DNA of 55,969 nucleotides from Solirubrobacterales bacterium (GTDB taxonomy: Bacteria; Actinomycetota; Thermoleophilia; Solirubrobacterales; 70-9), in contig JAWVFG010000051.1 in NCBI GenBank assembly GCA_033856335.1, forward strand, positions 1 through 55,969, written 5' to 3'. Under the pieces are notes generated by a model. It saw only the letters and a program-made list of their open reading frames with translations. It was not told the origin of the DNA and ran no database searches. Every line of letters begins with the position of its first letter. The first letter of the stretch is position 1. Of this stretch, positions 54,307 through 55,969 are shown piece after piece. The position numbers were made by a program, and so were the translations under genes.

Positions 54307-55236
54307 TCATGAGACGCCCTCGGCACCCGCGACGACCTCGAGGATCTCCTGGGTGATCTCAGCCTGGCGGACCCGGTTCATCTCAAGCGTCAGGTCGCTG
54401 ATCACGTCCTTGGCGTTCTCGGCGGCATTCCGCATCGCGGTCATGCGCGCGCCGTGCTCTGACGCGGTGGACTCGAGCAGCGCGCGGTAGACCGAGAGCT
54501 GCGCGTACTCGGGCAGGAGCTCGGCGAGCAGCTCCTCCGGATCGGGCTCGTAGACCCAGAGGGCCTTGCGGTGCGCCTCAACGAGCTCGGCGTCACCCTC
54601 CTCTGCCTCGTCCTCCTCATCGGAGGCGCCCTCCCCCAGTACCTCTGCCTGCTGGATCGGAAGCAGCGTCTGCCGCCATACGTACTGGGTGAGCGGCGAG
54701 ACGTACTTGTTGTAGATCAGCTCCACCCGGTCGAGCTCCTCGTCGACGTAGGCGGCGACCAGCTTGTCGGCGATCTCCCGGGCGTCCGCGAACGCGGGGC
54801 GGTCGGTGAAGCCAACGTACTCGCCGTGCAGGTCCTCGCCGCGGAAGCGCATCGTCGAGGCACCTCGGCGGCCGACGACGGAGAAGCGCGCCTGCGCGCC
54901 ATTGCCCCGCAGCTCTCGCTGGAGCTGGACCCCCGCGCGGATGATCTGCGAGTTGAACGAGCCGGCGAGCCCGCGATCCCCGGTGACCAGCAGGACCCCG
55001 ACGTTCTGCTCCTCGTCGCGCTCCTGGAGGACCGGCAGGTTCCTGGCCTCCGCCCCAGCCGCCTCGGCGACCTGACGGGTCATCTTCCTGAGCTCGCGCG
55101 CATATGGCCGCAGCGCATCGATCCGCTGCTCAGCGCGCCGCAGCCTCGCGGCGGCGACCATCTCCATGGCGCGCGTGATCTTCTGCACGTTCTTCACGGA
55201 GGAGATCCGGTTCTTGACTTCCTTGCGAGTGGCCAT
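54307..55236 (-). CDS. atpG: F0F1 ATP synthase subunit gamma
   Basis: The N-terminus is MATRKEVKNRISSVKNVQKITRAMEMVAA and the C-terminus is ITQEILEVVAGAE. Confidence 0.95.
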   Translation of the reverse strand: MATRKEVKNRISSVKNVQKITRAMEMVAAARLRRAEQRIDALRPYARELRKMTRQVAEAAGAEARNLPVLQERDEEQNVGVLLVTGDRGLAGSFNSQIIRAGVQLQRELRGNGAQARFSVVGRRGASTMRFRGEDLHGEYVGFTDRPAFADAREIADKLVAAYVDEELDRVELIYNKYVSPLTQYVWRQTLLPIQQAEVLGEGASDEEDEAEEGDAELVEAHRKALWVYEPDPEELLAELLPEYAQLSVYRALLESTASEHGARMTAMRNAAENAKDVISDLTLEMNRVRQAEITQEILEVVAGAEGVS

Positions 55237-55238
55237 GG

Positions 55239-55969
55239 CTACGCCGTAGCGCCGGCCTCCTCGCGTTCAGTCGCTTTTCCCGAATCGCCGTCCTCGGAGC
55301 CGCCGGAGTCGTCGCCCTCGGGCTTCTCCTCCCCCTCGCGCGACTGGATCCGGTCGGACTCGCCTTCCTCGAGCGGGTTGCCCTCACGATCGAAGTCGGG
55401 GCCGAAGTCGTCGACCATCTGCTCGATCGACTTGCCCAGAGCCTCCTCGTCCTCGTCGGAGAGCTGGCCGGTCTCGTTGATCCGGTCGAGCAGGTCCTTG
55501 TTCTCGGCATGCAGCCGGTCGATCAGGTCGGCCAGGAACTCGCCGACCCGCTCGGTCTTGATCCGGTCGAGGTATCCGCCCGTGCCGGAGTAGATCGAGG
55601 CGACCTGCTCGGCGACCGGCATCGGCTTGCGCTCCTTCTGGTTGAGCGCCTCGACCATCCGCTCGCCTCGGGCGAGCTGCTTCTGGGTCTCCGGATCCAG
55701 CTCCGACCCGAACTGTGCAAAGGCCTCGAGCTCGCGGTACTGAGAGAGGTCCAGGCGCAGCTGGCTGGCGACCTTCTTCATCGCCTTGGTCTGTGCGTTG
55801 CCGCCCACCCGGGAGACCGAGGTGCCGACGTTGATCGCCGGCCGGACGCCCGAATAGAACAGGTCGGTCTCCAGGAAGATCTGGCCGTCGGTGATCGAGA
55901 TGACGTTGGTCGGGATGTAGGCCGAGATGTCGCCGGCCTGCGTCTCAATGACCGGCAGCGCCGTCAGGG
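55239..55969 (-). CDS. atpA: F0F1 ATP synthase subunit alpha, C-terminal part (5' end beyond the window), with ~49-aa acidic C-terminal extension
   Basis: The frame is open to the window end. Hand translation: ...[66 protein letters not shown]... Confidence 0.95.
   Translation of the reverse strand, partial: LTALPVIETQAGDISAYIPTNVISITDGQIFLETDLFYSGVRPAINVGTSVSRVGGNAQTKAMKKVASQLRLDLSQYRELEAFAQFGSELDPETQKQLARGERMVEALNQKERKPMPVAEQVASIYSGTGGYLDRIKTERVGEFLADLIDRLHAENKDLLDRINETGQLSDEDEEALGKSIEQMVDDFGPDFDREGNPLEEGESDRIQSREGEEKPEGDDSGGSEDGDSGKATEREEAGATA

Overview
This is a very GC-rich (about 70% by eye), gene-dense chromosomal segment that looks like Actinomycetota. Nearly all genes are on the minus strand, and many are translationally coupled through ATGA, GTGA or TGATG overlaps.

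Gene order by coordinate:
- FtsX-type ABC permease, two ABC ATPases and a lipoprotein
- GGDEF cyclase
- frameshifted alpha/beta hydrolase
- tmRNA (ssrA)
- two CalB-like lipases, an M50 protease and a 946-aa membrane-anchored coiled-coil protein with a ComEA-like HhH domain
- smpB, RNase R, S41 protease, ftsX, ftsE
- STAS protein, two divergent MpsC/DUF2294 genes, split transketolase
- a MauE-thioredoxin / MauA-like / CcdA-like redox cluster, and a trypsin-like protease
- nadA, fpg, two SnoaL-like paralogs, nadC
- ECF sigma factor coupled to ogt
- prfB with its +1 frameshift, a methyltransferase, a cupin, secA, hpf
- a structured comF-hpf spacer, then comF
- sugar-nucleotide and envelope genes, a PQQ-dependent dehydrogenase, ahcY, arfB, PGI/PMI, ugd, LCP, an M20 peptidase, a Kelch protein
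- atpC, atpD, atpG and part of atpA

Most interesting observations:
1. An orphan MauA-like Tat-exported protein with 10 Cys and a single Trp. It has dedicated redox partners but no mauB or mauG.
2. A recurring polybasic, two-cysteine C-terminal tail on three unrelated secreted enzymes.
3. A roughly 100-nt palindromic element present three times, each copy starting at the TAG stop of a minus-strand gene. Its outer stem shows compensatory base changes between copies.
4. A nested-helix RNA candidate between comF and hpf, in the genomic context of the raiA motif.
5. A roughly 450-nt hairpin-rich leader upstream of ftsE.

No CRISPR array, rRNA, tRNA, transposase or integrase was recognised. All homology calls come from reading motifs by eye; no searches were run.
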